Assembly (NCBI GenBank): GCA_965247115.1
Contig: CBDFGR010000003.1
Span: forward strand, 2,080,001 to 2,144,000
Direction: 5' to 3'
Source: Myxococcota bacterium
Lineage (GTDB): Bacteria > Myxococcota_A > UBA9160 > SZUA-336
DNA: 64,000 nt
Positions within the stretch are counted from its first letter, which is position 1; the number at the start of each line of letters is the position of its first letter. Shown piece after piece: positions 49,373 through 59,036 of this stretch. The notes beneath the pieces are model-generated. The model was not told the origin of the DNA and ran no database searches. It worked only from the letters and a program-made list of their open reading frames with translations. A program made the position numbers and the translations under genes.

Positions 49373-50247
49373 CGAAGTTCCTCCAGCAAGGGCTCGTTCA
49401 GCTTGATCTCCGCCTCGCGTCTCAACCCGCGCAGCCAGTCCCGCCGCAGCTCCTCCAGCCGGCGCTGCTGCAGCTCCAGAGTGATGTCCTCGCGGAGCTC
49501 GCTGAGCTCCGGCTCGTGCTGCGGGATCTTGGACTCGAGCTTGAAGATATGAAAACCATACGGCGACTCGATCACCTGTGACAGCTCCCGTGAGCTCAGG
49601 CTGAACGCCCTATTAAACACCTCGGGGAGCTCGCCGCGAGCGAAGGGTGGCAGCAGCCCACCAGCTCCGGCCTCGGGAGCCACGCTGTGGTCTGCTGCAA
49701 GCGCCGGAAAGTCCGCGCCGTCGACCAGCTCGGCGCGCAGATTCCGGGCTTGCGACTCGTTGTCCACGACGATCTGCCTGATCTGGACCTGTTCGGGTCT
49801 TCGATACAGGTGCCTGTGCTCCTCGAAGTGGCGCAGGAGTGCGTCGTCCGGAAGGCTCAAGAGCCCGGCCAGATCCAGCAGGGCCGCCCGTTCCTGGATC
49901 ATCTGCCGTCGCACCTCCTCGAAGTAGCCGGGATCGGAGCCGTTGAAGTCGGCGCCGTGGATCCCGGTGATGCGCCGCCGCACCTCCGCGTCGTGGATTT
50001 TGACCCCCAGTGAGTCCGCTCGATTCAGCACGACCTGCTCGGAGACCAGCCTGTAGAGCTCTTCGTCGAGGACCTGCTCGCGCCGCAGCTCCGGGTAGTC
50101 CTCGAGCCGCTCGGTCACCGAGCGCTCCAGCTCACCGAAGAGAATCCGTGTGCCGTCGACCTGGGCCACCCAGCGCCCCTCGATGCCTCCCCCGCACGCG
50201 ATGGCTGCCAGCGCCAGGAGAGGCGCCAGAAACGGCCTTCGTGTCAT
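49369..50247 (-). CDS. PpiC-type peptidyl-prolyl isomerase lipoprotein
   Basis: Lipobox AIAC; IRQIVV, FPALAADHS..GGLL, ESPYGFHI. Confidence 0.85.
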   Translation of the reverse strand: MTRRPFLAPLLALAAIACGGGIEGRWVAQVDGTRILFGELERSVTERLEDYPELRREQVLDEELYRLVSEQVVLNRADSLGVKIHDAEVRRRITGIHGADFNGSDPGYFEEVRRQMIQERAALLDLAGLLSLPDDALLRHFEEHRHLYRRPEQVQIRQIVVDNESQARNLRAELVDGADFPALAADHSVAPEAGAGGLLPPFARGELPEVFNRAFSLSSRELSQVIESPYGFHIFKLESKIPQHEPELSELREDITLELQQRRLEELRRDWLRGLRREAEIKLNEPLLEELR

Positions 50248-53200
50248 CGTATTGCCCTCTCCGGGGGCGGCGGGCTCTGGATCGCGGTCTCGGTGGCCTC
50301 GGGCGCCAGCAGATCGAGCAGGCCGAAGCCCTCTGCGAGAGCGTCCTCATTGCGCCGCAGCTTGAGGTAGATGCGGTGATCCGGGCTGACGCGGACCTGA
50401 GCGTCGGGCTGCTGCAGCAGCCTGGCCAGCACGGCCGGATCGATCCTCGGACTCTCGCCGACCTTGAGCACGAGCTCGCCTTCGGACACGTCCATGGTCT
50501 CGATACCGGCCTGGCGGCAGCGGATCTTGAGACGGATCACGTCGATCAGGTTTGCGCCCTCGACCGGGATCGCGCCGAAGCGGTCGAGCAGGTCGTCGCG
50601 GATCGCGAGCACCTCGGCGTTGTCGCGCGCCGAGGAGAGCTGCTTGTAGAGCACGAGCCGGTGGTTCGGATCCCCGACGTAGCTCTCCGGAAGCAACGCC
50701 GGGACTGGCAAGCGGAGCTCTGGCTCGACGTCCTGCTCGGAACGCTCCCCGCTCAGCTTCTGTACCGTTTCCTCCAGCATCTCCATGTAGAGGTCATAGC
50801 CGACGGATCCAATGTTGCCGGACTGCTCGGCCCCGAGCAGGTTCCCCGCGCCGCGAATCTCGAGGTCCTCGCTGGCCAGCCGAAACCCGGCACCCAGCTC
50901 TGACAGGTCCTGGATCGCCTCCAGGCGGCGTCGAGCCTCGCTCGAGAGCTGCCCTGTCGCGGGCAGGAACAGGTAGGCGTGGGCGCGGCGGTCACTGCGG
51001 CCGACCCGCCCGCGTAGCTGGTAGAGCTGCGCCAGGCCGAGGCGGTCGGCGCGGTCGATCAGGATGGTGTTCGCGTTGGGGATGTCCAGCCCGGACTCGA
51101 TGATCGTGGTGCATAGCAGTACGTCGGACTCGCGCTTCATGAAGGCGAGCATCACGCTCTCGAGCTGCCGGCTCGGCATCTGTCCGTGCGCGAGTGCGAT
51201 CCTGGCGGTCGGCAGCACGCGCTGCAGGTAGGCGCCGTACTCGTGGATCGTCTCCACCCGGTTGTGCACGAAGAAGACCTGGCCGCCGCGACGCATCTCG
51301 CGGTCGACGGCCTCGCGGATGATCTCGTCGCTCGCGCGGCAGACCTGTGTGCGGACCGCGGTCCGATCGGGAGGAGGGGTGGTGATCAGGGACAGATCCC
51401 GCATTCCCGAGAACGCCAGCTGCAGCGTGCGCGGGATGGGCGTGGCCGAGAGCGTCAGCACGTCGACGAGCTTGCGCAGCTGCTTCAGCCGCTCCTTGTG
51501 GGCGACTCCAAAGCGGTGCTCCTCGTCGACGATCACGAGCCCGAGGCTGCGGAAGTCGACGTCCTTCGAGAGCAGGCGGTGCGTGCCGACTGCGATGTCG
51601 ATGCGCCCCGACGAGAGTCCCTCGCGCACTTGCTTCACTTCCTTGGGGTTGGAGAGGCGTGAGAGAGACGCCACCGTGACCGCCGTGTTTGCAAAGCGCT
51701 GTGTCAGCGTCTCCAGGTGCTGCTGGCAAAGCACCGTGGTCGGCACCAGGAACGCGACCTGGCGCCCTGCAGTCGTCACTCGGTAGGCAGCGCGGCAGGC
51801 GATCTCCGTCTTGCCGAAACCAACGTCTCCGCACACCAGGCGGTCCATCGGCTGCTCCCGTTGCAAGTCGTCGAGCGCGTCCTGGGTGGCGCGACTCTGG
51901 TCGGGCGTGTCCTCGTACGGAAAGCTGGCCTCGAACTCGTCGTAGTCCGCGTCTCGACCGGGGTAGGAGTGGCCCTTGAGCACCTGGCGTGCGGCGTTCA
52001 CGGCGAGAATCTCCTCGGCCATGTCGCGCACTGCCCGGCGCACGCGCGCCTTGGTCCGGGTCCAGGTCTGGCCGCCCAGGCGATCCAGGTTCGGTGTCTT
52101 CGCCTCGGCGGTGCTGTAGCGCTGGATCTGACCGAGCCGGGAGACGGGGATGTAGAGCTTGTCTCCCGCGTGGTAGCGGAGCAGCAACAGCTCCTGCTGG
52201 ACTCCGCCCGCGATCAGCTGGACGAGCCCACCGTAGCTTCCGATCCCGTGCTCCGCGTGCACCAGGTAATCGCCCTCCTGGATCTGCGCCAGCCGTTCGA
52301 CCGCCTGTCCCCGGCGCGTGGCGCGCAGTGCACGGCGTTGGAGCCGCGCGCCGAAGATGTCCTGCTCTGTCAGCACGACGAGGTCTTCGCTCGGCAGCTC
52401 AAAGCCGCCGTCGAGCGCCGCCACCGCGACGTCGATTACGCCGCGCTCAGGGAGCGCGGCCCAGGCCTGCCGCCCCTCTCCGCGCGAGCGCCGGATTTCG
52501 AGCTCCTGATCGTAGTCGGACAGGATCTCCACCAGCCGCTCGGCAGCGGAGAGGGATGGGCAGGTGATGCGAACGCGTTGCTCGCGTCGGGTCCAGTCCC
52601 CGAGCCGCTCTGCGAGTGGGGCGAGCGCGCGGCCGGAGCCCAGCCGCTGCTGGATCTCCCGTCGGAGCTCGCGGTGGTCGCCGAACCCGAGATCGATGCG
52701 CTCCTCGTCCGAGACGGGGTCGAGCAGGCCGAGGGAATCGAGCAGGACCGGGCGCCGCGCCACCAACGCATCCCAGGCGCTGTCATCGGTTGTGTAGAGC
52801 TCGACGGGATCGTTGACCGGGCGCTCCTGCTGTACGGCTCGCGCGTGGGCGTCGAAGATCGTCTCGGTGTAGCGCGCGCCGGTCTCGCGAGCCGTCTCGG
52901 GATCGTCCACGATCACCAGCGTCTCTTCCGGCAGGTAGTCGAAGAGGGTCTCCATGCGCTCGTGGAGCAGCGCCTCGAGGTTCTCGATGCCCGGTGGGAG
53001 GTGGCGTCGCGCGAGCGACTCGGTGAGGGCGTAGATGTTGGATTCCGGCACGTTCTGCTTGCGGCCGAGCTGGCGCACACCCTGCAGCAGGCCGTCCAGG
53101 TCGTGGGGTAACCGGTAGGCCCTTGGAGGAATGGCCACGATCGAGTCGCGCTCGTGATCGGAGCGCTGGGTCTCGGGATCGAAGTCGCGGATCGACCCCA

Positions 53201-53855
53201 GCTCATCAAAGTCGAACTCGAGCCGGACTGGCCGGTCGAGCTGCGGTGGGAAGAGGTCGAGGATGCTGCCGCGGGAGGCGACCTCCCCGCGCTCCTCGAC
53301 CAGCGCAGTCCGCTGATAGCCCGCGGAGGTCAGTACGCCAAGCAGCGCATCGCGGTCCATGGGAAGGCCGCGTTCGAGGTGGGTCACGCGGCTGCGCAGC
53401 TCTGCGCGCGGCGGCACGCGGCGGACGAGCGCCTTCCACGGCGCCACCACTGTGAGCGGGGTCGTCTTCTCGGCGGCGAGCAGCGCGTAGAGCAGGCTCA
53501 TCCTCCTGCTCTCGAGCTGGGGGTGCGGCGAGAAGCGATCATAGGGCGGGGTGTCGTAGCGAGGCAGGATGCGGATGTCGGCCGGCGGCTCGGCTGCGCC
53601 ACCGGGCGCAGGAGGCGCGGGAGGCGCGGGAGGCGCGAAGATTGCGAGATCGGCCGCAAAGGTCGCGGCCTGTCGCGAGCCGGGCGTGATCACCAGGATC
53701 GGGCCAGGATGCTCGGCCCGCAGCCGGGAGACGAGGAAGGCTGCCCCCCGTTTCACGCTCAGAAGGCGCATGGTGCGTTCGCGCGAGAGGGCCCTATCGA
53801 CGAGCTCTGCCAGCCGCACCGGACTTTCCGCGCCTCCGGACGCACCAAGACCCAC
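50244..53855 (-). CDS. mfd: Transcription-repair coupling factor
   Basis: RGSILDLFP, VHAEHGIG, CGDVGFGKTE, DEEHRFGV, QLRGRVGRS. Confidence 0.98.
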   Translation of the reverse strand: MGLGASGGAESPVRLAELVDRALSRERTMRLLSVKRGAAFLVSRLRAEHPGPILVITPGSRQAATFAADLAIFAPPAPPAPPAPGGAAEPPADIRILPRYDTPPYDRFSPHPQLESRRMSLLYALLAAEKTTPLTVVAPWKALVRRVPPRAELRSRVTHLERGLPMDRDALLGVLTSAGYQRTALVEERGEVASRGSILDLFPPQLDRPVRLEFDFDELGSIRDFDPETQRSDHERDSIVAIPPRAYRLPHDLDGLLQGVRQLGRKQNVPESNIYALTESLARRHLPPGIENLEALLHERMETLFDYLPEETLVIVDDPETARETGARYTETIFDAHARAVQQERPVNDPVELYTTDDSAWDALVARRPVLLDSLGLLDPVSDEERIDLGFGDHRELRREIQQRLGSGRALAPLAERLGDWTRREQRVRITCPSLSAAERLVEILSDYDQELEIRRSRGEGRQAWAALPERGVIDVAVAALDGGFELPSEDLVVLTEQDIFGARLQRRALRATRRGQAVERLAQIQEGDYLVHAEHGIGSYGGLVQLIAGGVQQELLLLRYHAGDKLYIPVSRLGQIQRYSTAEAKTPNLDRLGGQTWTRTKARVRRAVRDMAEEILAVNAARQVLKGHSYPGRDADYDEFEASFPYEDTPDQSRATQDALDDLQREQPMDRLVCGDVGFGKTEIACRAAYRVTTAGRQVAFLVPTTVLCQQHLETLTQRFANTAVTVASLSRLSNPKEVKQVREGLSSGRIDIAVGTHRLLSKDVDFRSLGLVIVDEEHRFGVAHKERLKQLRKLVDVLTLSATPIPRTLQLAFSGMRDLSLITTPPPDRTAVRTQVCRASDEIIREAVDREMRRGGQVFFVHNRVETIHEYGAYLQRVLPTARIALAHGQMPSRQLESVMLAFMKRESDVLLCTTIIESGLDIPNANTILIDRADRLGLAQLYQLRGRVGRSDRRAHAYLFLPATGQLSSEARRRLEAIQDLSELGAGFRLASEDLEIRGAGNLLGAEQSGNIGSVGYDLYMEMLEETVQKLSGERSEQDVEPELRLPVPALLPESYVGDPNHRLVLYKQLSSARDNAEVLAIRDDLLDRFGAIPVEGANLIDVIRLKIRCRQAGIETMDVSEGELVLKVGESPRIDPAVLARLLQQPDAQVRVSPDHRIYLKLRRNEDALAEGFGLLDLLAPEATETAIQSPPPPERAIR

Positions 53856-53897
53856 CCTTCCGCCGAGGAAGGGGGGTCGAGTTTGACGAAGCGCGAG

Positions 53898-53946
53898 AGT
53901 ATAGCGGGGCCGCGCTGTCGCGCTCAGGGACGGGCACCGCTATAAT
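53898..53946. promoter_or_regulatory. Divergent -10 elements for mfd (minus) and rplC (plus)
   Basis: Minus-strand TATACT at 53898-53903; plus-strand TATAAT at 53941-53946. Confidence 0.5.
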
Positions 53947-54014
53947 GCCGCGCCCTCGGGCCGGCCCGCCGTTTCCGGGCCCCTTCGAATCCTGCCATCG
54001 GAGCCTGACGCCTC

Positions 54015-54656
54015 ATGAGTCTGGAGATCCTCGGCCGCAAGCTTGGCATGACCCAGGTCTTCCGCGAGAGCGGCGACCGGGTGCCCGTTACGGTGCTCCG
54101 CGCGGGACCCTGCACAGTGGTGCAGAAGAAGACCGCGGAGAGTGACGGCTACTCGGCCGTTCAGCTCGGCTTCGAGGAGCGCAAAGAGAAGCACACCAGC
54201 AAGCCGCAGATGGGCCACTTCTCGAAGAGCGGCGGCTCGCCCAAGCGGTTCCTCTACGAGGTCAGGCTATCGGAGCAGGATCTTGCGGAGCTCGAGCTCG
54301 GCCAGGAGATCACCTGCGCGGAGAGCTTCGAGGCGGGCCAGAAGGTCGACGTGCGCGGCGTCAGCAAGGGGCGCGGCTTTGCCGGGGTAGTGAAGCGTCA
54401 CCACTACAGCATGCACAGCTCCACTCACGGGACGCACGAGTTCTTCCGTCACGGGGGCGCGATGTCTGCGGGCACCTATCCCGGCCGCATCCTGCCAGGA
54501 AAGAAGATGGCGGGGCATCTGGGCGACGCGCGTGTCACCCAGCTCGGGCTACGGATCGAGCGAATCGACGCCGAGCGAAACCTGGTCTTCGTCACCGGCG
54601 CGGTTCCCGGGCATAAGAACGGGCTGGTGCGAATCCGCGCGTCCATCAAGAAATAG
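54015..54656 (+). CDS. rplC: 50S ribosomal protein L3 (outside the S10 operon)
   Basis: GRKLGMTQVF, PVTV, DGYSAVQLG, SKGRGFAG, MAGHLG, GAVPG. Confidence 0.97.
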   Translation: MSLEILGRKLGMTQVFRESGDRVPVTVLRAGPCTVVQKKTAESDGYSAVQLGFEERKEKHTSKPQMGHFSKSGGSPKRFLYEVRLSEQDLAELELGQEITCAESFEAGQKVDVRGVSKGRGFAGVVKRHHYSMHSSTHGTHEFFRHGGAMSAGTYPGRILPGKKMAGHLGDARVTQLGLRIERIDAERNLVFVTGAVPGHKNGLVRIRASIKK

Positions 54657-54665
54657 GGGAGCGCG

Positions 54666-55304
54666 ACGCCCCGCTACGAGCCCCGCGACGTCTTCTACCG
54701 GCGCGCAAAGGAGGAGGGCTACCGCTCCCGAGCTGCCTACAAGCTCCAGAGCTTGCTGCGCAGCATGCCCGCACTGCCCCCGGGCGCGGCGGTCGTCGAT
54801 CTCGGCTGCGCCCCCGGAGCATGGCTGCAGGTGCTCGCGGAGCGCCTCGGTCCCTCTGCCCGCATCGTCGGCGTGGACATCGAGCCCGTTTCCGAGCTCG
54901 GCGCCCGCGTCACGCTGGTACAGCTCGACATGACCGACCCCGCCACGCCGACCCGAATTCGGGAGGCCCTCGGTAGACAGGCTGACGCGGTGCTCTGCGA
55001 CGCGGCTCCGAAGCTCAGCGGGATCTCCGATGTCGATCGCTGCGCTGCGGACGAGCTCGCTCAGGCGGCGTTCCGGATCGCTGGCGAGCTGCTCGCGGCC
55101 CGCGGCAGCCTGATCGTGAAGGGCTTTCCGGGTCCCGAGGCCGACCGCTTTCGCGAGCAGCTGCGCGCGCGCTTCGAGCGGGTCCGCGAGCTCCGCCCGG
55201 AGGGCAAGCGAGCGACGTCGAAAGAGTTCTACTGGCTGGCCAGCTCGGAGGAGCCTAAGCGGCGCGACCGGCGTCGGCGTAATCGCCAAGGAAATCCTTC
55301 TTGA
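54666..55304 (+). CDS. rlmE: 23S rRNA Um2552 2'-O-methyltransferase
   Basis: DVFYRRAKEEGYRSRAAYKL (upstream of the tracked ATG 54753), DLGCAPGAW, CDAAP, KEFY; start proposed at ACG 54666. Confidence 0.88.
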   Translation, partial: TPRYEPRDVFYRRAKEEGYRSRAAYKLQSLLRSMPALPPGAAVVDLGCAPGAWLQVLAERLGPSARIVGVDIEPVSELGARVTLVQLDMTDPATPTRIREALGRQADAVLCDAAPKLSGISDVDRCAADELAQAAFRIAGELLAARGSLIVKGFPGPEADRFREQLRARFERVRELRPEGKRATSKEFYWLASSEEPKRRDRRRRNRQGNPS

Positions 55305-56373
55305 ACGCGCCAAAGCGCTGCTCGAGGATCGCCTCTCGCATGGAGGACATCAGGCGCTGGTAGAAGCTCACGTTGTGGAGCGCGCCAAGGATCGTGGCGA
55401 GGATCTCGTTGGCCGCGTACAGATGGTGCAGGTACGCGCGCGTAAAGGTCCGGCACGTGTAGCAGTCGCAGGACGTGTCCACCGGATACCCATCGCGCCG
55501 GTAGCGCCGCTTTCGGATCCGGATGCGGCCGCGGCGCGTGAACAGCGTGGCCGAGCGCGCGTACCGCGTCGGGATCACGCAGTCGAACATGTCCATGCCA
55601 CGCTCCACGGCTTCTAGGAGATCTTCCGGGAGTCCCACACCCATCAGGTAGCGGGGCTTGGCCTGCGGGAGGTGCGGCTCCGTGAGCGAGACGATGCGCT
55701 TGAGCTCCTCCAGGCCCTCGCCAACGGAGACACCGCCGATCGCATAGCCCGGCAGGTCGAGCTTCGCGAGCTGCAGCGCGCAGTGACGCCGCAGCTCGGG
55801 ATAGGTGGAGCCCTGTACGATCGCGAACAGTGCCTGGTCGCTGCCCTGGTGGGCGGCCAGACAGCGCTCTGCCCAACGCAACGTGTTCTCCACGCCGCGC
55901 CGGGCGAGCTCCTGCGTCGCCGGATAGGGAGTGCACTCGTCGAACGTCATGATGATGTCCGCACCGAGCGCATGCTGGCTCTCGATCGCGAGCTCGGGTG
56001 TGAGCAGCATCGGCTCGCCATCGACCTCGCTGCGAAAGCGCACGCCGTCGGGCCCGATCTCTGCCTTCGGGAGGCTGAAGACCTGGAAGCCGCCCGAATC
56101 GGTCAACAGAGGTCCGTCCCAGGCCATGAACGCGTGCAGGCCACCCGCCTTTTCGATCAGCTGTGTGCCTGGACGCAGGGTCAGGTGGTAGGTGTTCGCG
56201 AGCACGATCCGCGCCCCGGTCTCCTCGAGCTGCCGGGGGGTCAGGCCCCGGACCGCCGCCTGAGTTCCCACCGGCATGAACACCGGGGTCTCGACGGAAC
56301 CTCGCTCAGTCTCGAGGCGGCCGGCACGCGCACGACTGCCGCCGTCCGACGCCTCGAGCTCGAAGCGGATCAC
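55255..56373 (-). CDS. tgt: tRNA-guanine transglycosylase
   Basis: TPVFMPVGT, LTDSGGFQVFSL, DMFDCVIPT, CDCYTC..H. Confidence 0.96.
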   Translation of the reverse strand: MIRFELEASDGGSRARAGRLETERGSVETPVFMPVGTQAAVRGLTPRQLEETGARIVLANTYHLTLRPGTQLIEKAGGLHAFMAWDGPLLTDSGGFQVFSLPKAEIGPDGVRFRSEVDGEPMLLTPELAIESQHALGADIIMTFDECTPYPATQELARRGVENTLRWAERCLAAHQGSDQALFAIVQGSTYPELRRHCALQLAKLDLPGYAIGGVSVGEGLEELKRIVSLTEPHLPQAKPRYLMGVGLPEDLLEAVERGMDMFDCVIPTRYARSATLFTRRGRIRIRKRRYRRDGYPVDTSCDCYTCRTFTRAYLHHLYAANEILATILGALHNVSFYQRLMSSMREAILEQRFGAFKKDFLGDYADAGRAA

Positions 56374-56433
56374 CCCGACGCCTCGATCCCGAGGCGGATC
56401 ACCGCTAACGCCTCGATCCCGAGGCGGATCACC
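56349..56433. repeat. Three tandem 29-30-bp units duplicating the tgt start region
   Basis: ACGCCTCGA(G/T)C(T/C)CGA(A/G)GCGGATCACC at 56349, 56378 and 56408. Confidence 0.85.
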
Positions 56434-57499
56434 GGTCGGAGACGAACTGCTTCGAGTGACCGACGAGTCCGTCCGCCGGAATCCTGACCCGTCGCTCGGG
56501 ATCCGCGACGGCCTGGCCCACGCGCCACGCGTCGAGGCCGGTGGCCAGGATCGCCGCGAGCGCCTTCTCGCAGTCGGGCTCCGCGACCACCACCGCGAGC
56601 CCCACCCCCATGTTGAAGACCGTTCGCATCTCGGCGCGTTCCACCTCGCCTGTGCGCTCGATGAGCGAGAAGATGCCCGGTGGCTCCGGCAGGTCGGTGA
56701 GCTCGAAGCCGACCGGCGCCTCCACCCGGCGTAGGTTGAGCAGCCCGTCTCCGGACACGTGCGCGATCGCGCGAGGGCGGATGCCGGCCTCTGCGAGCGC
56801 CTGCACCTGCGGCACGTAGATCTGGGTGGGCTTGAGCAGCTCGTCGGCCAGCGTGCAGCCCAGCTCCTCCAGATATTCGTCGAGGCCGAATTTTGCGAAG
56901 AGCGCGCTGCGTGCCAGGGAGAGTCCGTTCGAGTGCACGCCGCTCGACGCCAGCGCGATCACCGGGTCTCCAGGCTCGATGGCGCTGCCGTCGAGGAGCG
57001 AGCCGTCGGGCACCACGCCGACGGCCATGCCCACCAGGTCGAGTCCCTTGCTCGGGGCGAGTCCGCGCAGCAGGTCCGGCACCTGTGCCGTCTCTCCGCC
57101 GACGATGCTCACTCCCGCCTGACGTGCGCCTTCCGCGAGACCGCGCCCGATCTCCGAGAACACGTCGGGATCGGCTTGCGCGCAGGCGATGTAATCGAGC
57201 ATGGCCAGCGGCGTGGCGCCCACGCAGATCAGGTCGTTCACGTTCATGGCCACGCAGTCGATGCCGATGCTGTCGTACCTGCCAGCCAGCTCCGCGACGA
57301 GGACCTTGGTCCCGACCCCGTCCGTGGTGATGGCGAGCTGCACCGGCCCGACCCGGATCACCGCTGCAAAGTGACCCACGCCCACCTCGTTCGGCGCGCC
57401 GAACGCCTGCGTGGGAGACACCTCTAGCAGCAGGCGAGATAGCGCAAGATCCGCCTGGCGCGTGTCGACACCGCTGCGCGCGTACGCGCGAGTGCTCAA
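56429..57499 (-). CDS. purM: Phosphoribosylformylglycinamidine cyclo-ligase
   Basis: YARSGVD, TDGVGTK, VAMNVND, GGETA, SSGVHSNG, FNMGVG. Confidence 0.95.
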   Translation of the reverse strand: MSTRAYARSGVDTRQADLALSRLLLEVSPTQAFGAPNEVGVGHFAAVIRVGPVQLAITTDGVGTKVLVAELAGRYDSIGIDCVAMNVNDLICVGATPLAMLDYIACAQADPDVFSEIGRGLAEGARQAGVSIVGGETAQVPDLLRGLAPSKGLDLVGMAVGVVPDGSLLDGSAIEPGDPVIALASSGVHSNGLSLARSALFAKFGLDEYLEELGCTLADELLKPTQIYVPQVQALAEAGIRPRAIAHVSGDGLLNLRRVEAPVGFELTDLPEPPGIFSLIERTGEVERAEMRTVFNMGVGLAVVVAEPDCEKALAAILATGLDAWRVGQAVADPERRVRIPADGLVGHSKQFVSDR

Positions 57500-57500
57500 A

Positions 57501-57626
57501 TCAGGGGTAGCGCCGCTCGCCGCGGCTGCGGCGCAGGCGGGCCCGGCGATGCTTGGCCTTGAGCTTGGCCCGGTGTCGTGAGCTGCGCTTGCGGTTGCGG
57601 TGCGGCAGTTTGGTGGACTTCTTCAC
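57501..57626 (-). CDS. Very small, highly basic protein (41 aa)
   Basis: GTG start; (M)KKSTKLPHRNRKRSSRHRAKLKAKHRRARLRRSRGERRYP; stop abuts the purM start; TATTCT -10 just upstream. Confidence 0.6.
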   Translation of the reverse strand: MKKSTKLPHRNRKRSSRHRAKLKAKHRRARLRRSRGERRYP

Positions 57627-57660
57627 AGCGCGGAGAAGAATAGCAACAAAGAGCGATCCG

Positions 57661-57999
57661 CTAAAACAGGGGCTCCAGCTTGGCGGCCGTGCCCACCGCG
57701 TGCAGGCGCAACCCGGTGCCATCCTTCTCCTCGTTCTCGGCGAAGGGATCCAGGGTCACCTCGAGTCCAACGACCGCGTTGGCGCCGAGGGTTCGCGCCT
57801 TTTCCCTCAGTGACTCCAGCAGCTCGCGCTCAGCTCGGGTCCAGGCCGCTGTGCGGTCCTCGAGGCTATCGTCGGGTAGAAAGAGCTCCGAGCTGATGGG
57901 CCCGAAGTAGGCAGCTGCTCGAGTTCCGCTCACCCAGGGCGAGGTGTAGAGCTCAACGTCCGACTCAGCCGCGTCCGCTTCCGGCGACGTCTCCGCCAT
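57661..57999 (-). CDS. YbjQ/UPF0145-like heavy-metal-binding domain protein
   Basis: LREKARTLGANAVVGL..AVGTAAKL. Confidence 0.75.
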   Translation of the reverse strand: MAETSPEADAAESDVELYTSPWVSGTRAAAYFGPISSELFLPDDSLEDRTAAWTRAERELLESLREKARTLGANAVVGLEVTLDPFAENEEKDGTGLRLHAVGTAAKLEPLF

Positions 58000-58121
58000 C
58001 GCACTTGTATCGGCCGCTTCTGCGTGCTTCTGTACGGCAGGTGCGCATATCTGATGGGTCGGCCGCTTGGCCCGTCTCTGGCCCTCCTGTATCTTGGCCG
58101 CCGCTCTGGAGGGAGGCGCAA

Positions 58122-59036
58122 ATGGTCTCGAGCCCCGCAGCCAGAGCCAAATCGCCTGCTACGGCAGCGCTTCTCCTCCTGCTGTCCGCCTCGCTTTCCA
58201 CCTGCGCGCCCAGCCAGGTCGAGCCCGAGCAGGCCTCGACGGAGAGCGTGGCTCCGGTCGTCACCAGGGCGGAACGGGCGATGGAGCGGGGCGATTACGA
58301 CACGGCCATCGCCGGCTATGCAGAGGCACTGGAGCGCACGCCCTGGAACACGCGCCTTTCGACCGCGCTGGTCTCCGCCTATGCGGCCCGGGCCGCGCAC
58401 CCCGCGCAGAGTGGGAGGCCGGGTCTGCAGGCTGCCGAGGCGGATCTGCGGACCGCCCTCTCGATCGCGCCAGACGACCCGTCCGTCCGGCGCAGCCTGG
58501 CCGCCGTCCTGCTCGACCTCTCGTCGCACGAAGAGGATCCGGAGCGCTCTCTGGCGCTGCGGATGGAAGCGCGGCGCCACGCTCCCAAGCTCGAAGCCAG
58601 CACCCCCGTTGTTCAGCTAGCCTTGGAGCGCCGACTCGATCTGGCCTTCGACCTGGTCGAGCGCGGCCAGCTCGACGCGGCCATCGATCGGCTCGAGCAG
58701 CTCCACGGCGAATACCCCGAGAGCGCGAACGTGGCGCGTCTGCTCGCGCAGGTTCGCGTCAAGAAGGGCACGGTGCTCGTCGGTCTTCAGAATCACAGGA
58801 GTGCCGGCGCGCACTTTGACGGGGCCGTAGCGCTGTATGATCAGCTCGGGCCCTGCGATGGCAGCCGCTGTGACGCAGCCGAGCTCAGAACCGCACACCG
58901 GAACCGAGTCATCGCCTGGCTGAGTGCGTACCGCGTGGCGGAGGCGCGGCTCGCGCTGGACGACGCGGAGCGAGCGGGCCTTGTGTTTCCCGACCTGGAC
59001 CAGGAAGTCCGCCGCCTGGAGGTGAGAACGCAGTGA
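58122..59036 (+). CDS. TPR-repeat (lipo)protein
   Basis: ATG after GGAGG; hydrophobic leader ending in Cys; GDYDTAIAGYAEALERTP-type repeats. Confidence 0.75.
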   Translation: MVSSPAARAKSPATAALLLLLSASLSTCAPSQVEPEQASTESVAPVVTRAERAMERGDYDTAIAGYAEALERTPWNTRLSTALVSAYAARAAHPAQSGRPGLQAAEADLRTALSIAPDDPSVRRSLAAVLLDLSSHEEDPERSLALRMEARRHAPKLEASTPVVQLALERRLDLAFDLVERGQLDAAIDRLEQLHGEYPESANVARLLAQVRVKKGTVLVGLQNHRSAGAHFDGAVALYDQLGPCDGSRCDAAELRTAHRNRVIAWLSAYRVAEARLALDDAERAGLVFPDLDQEVRRLEVRTQ

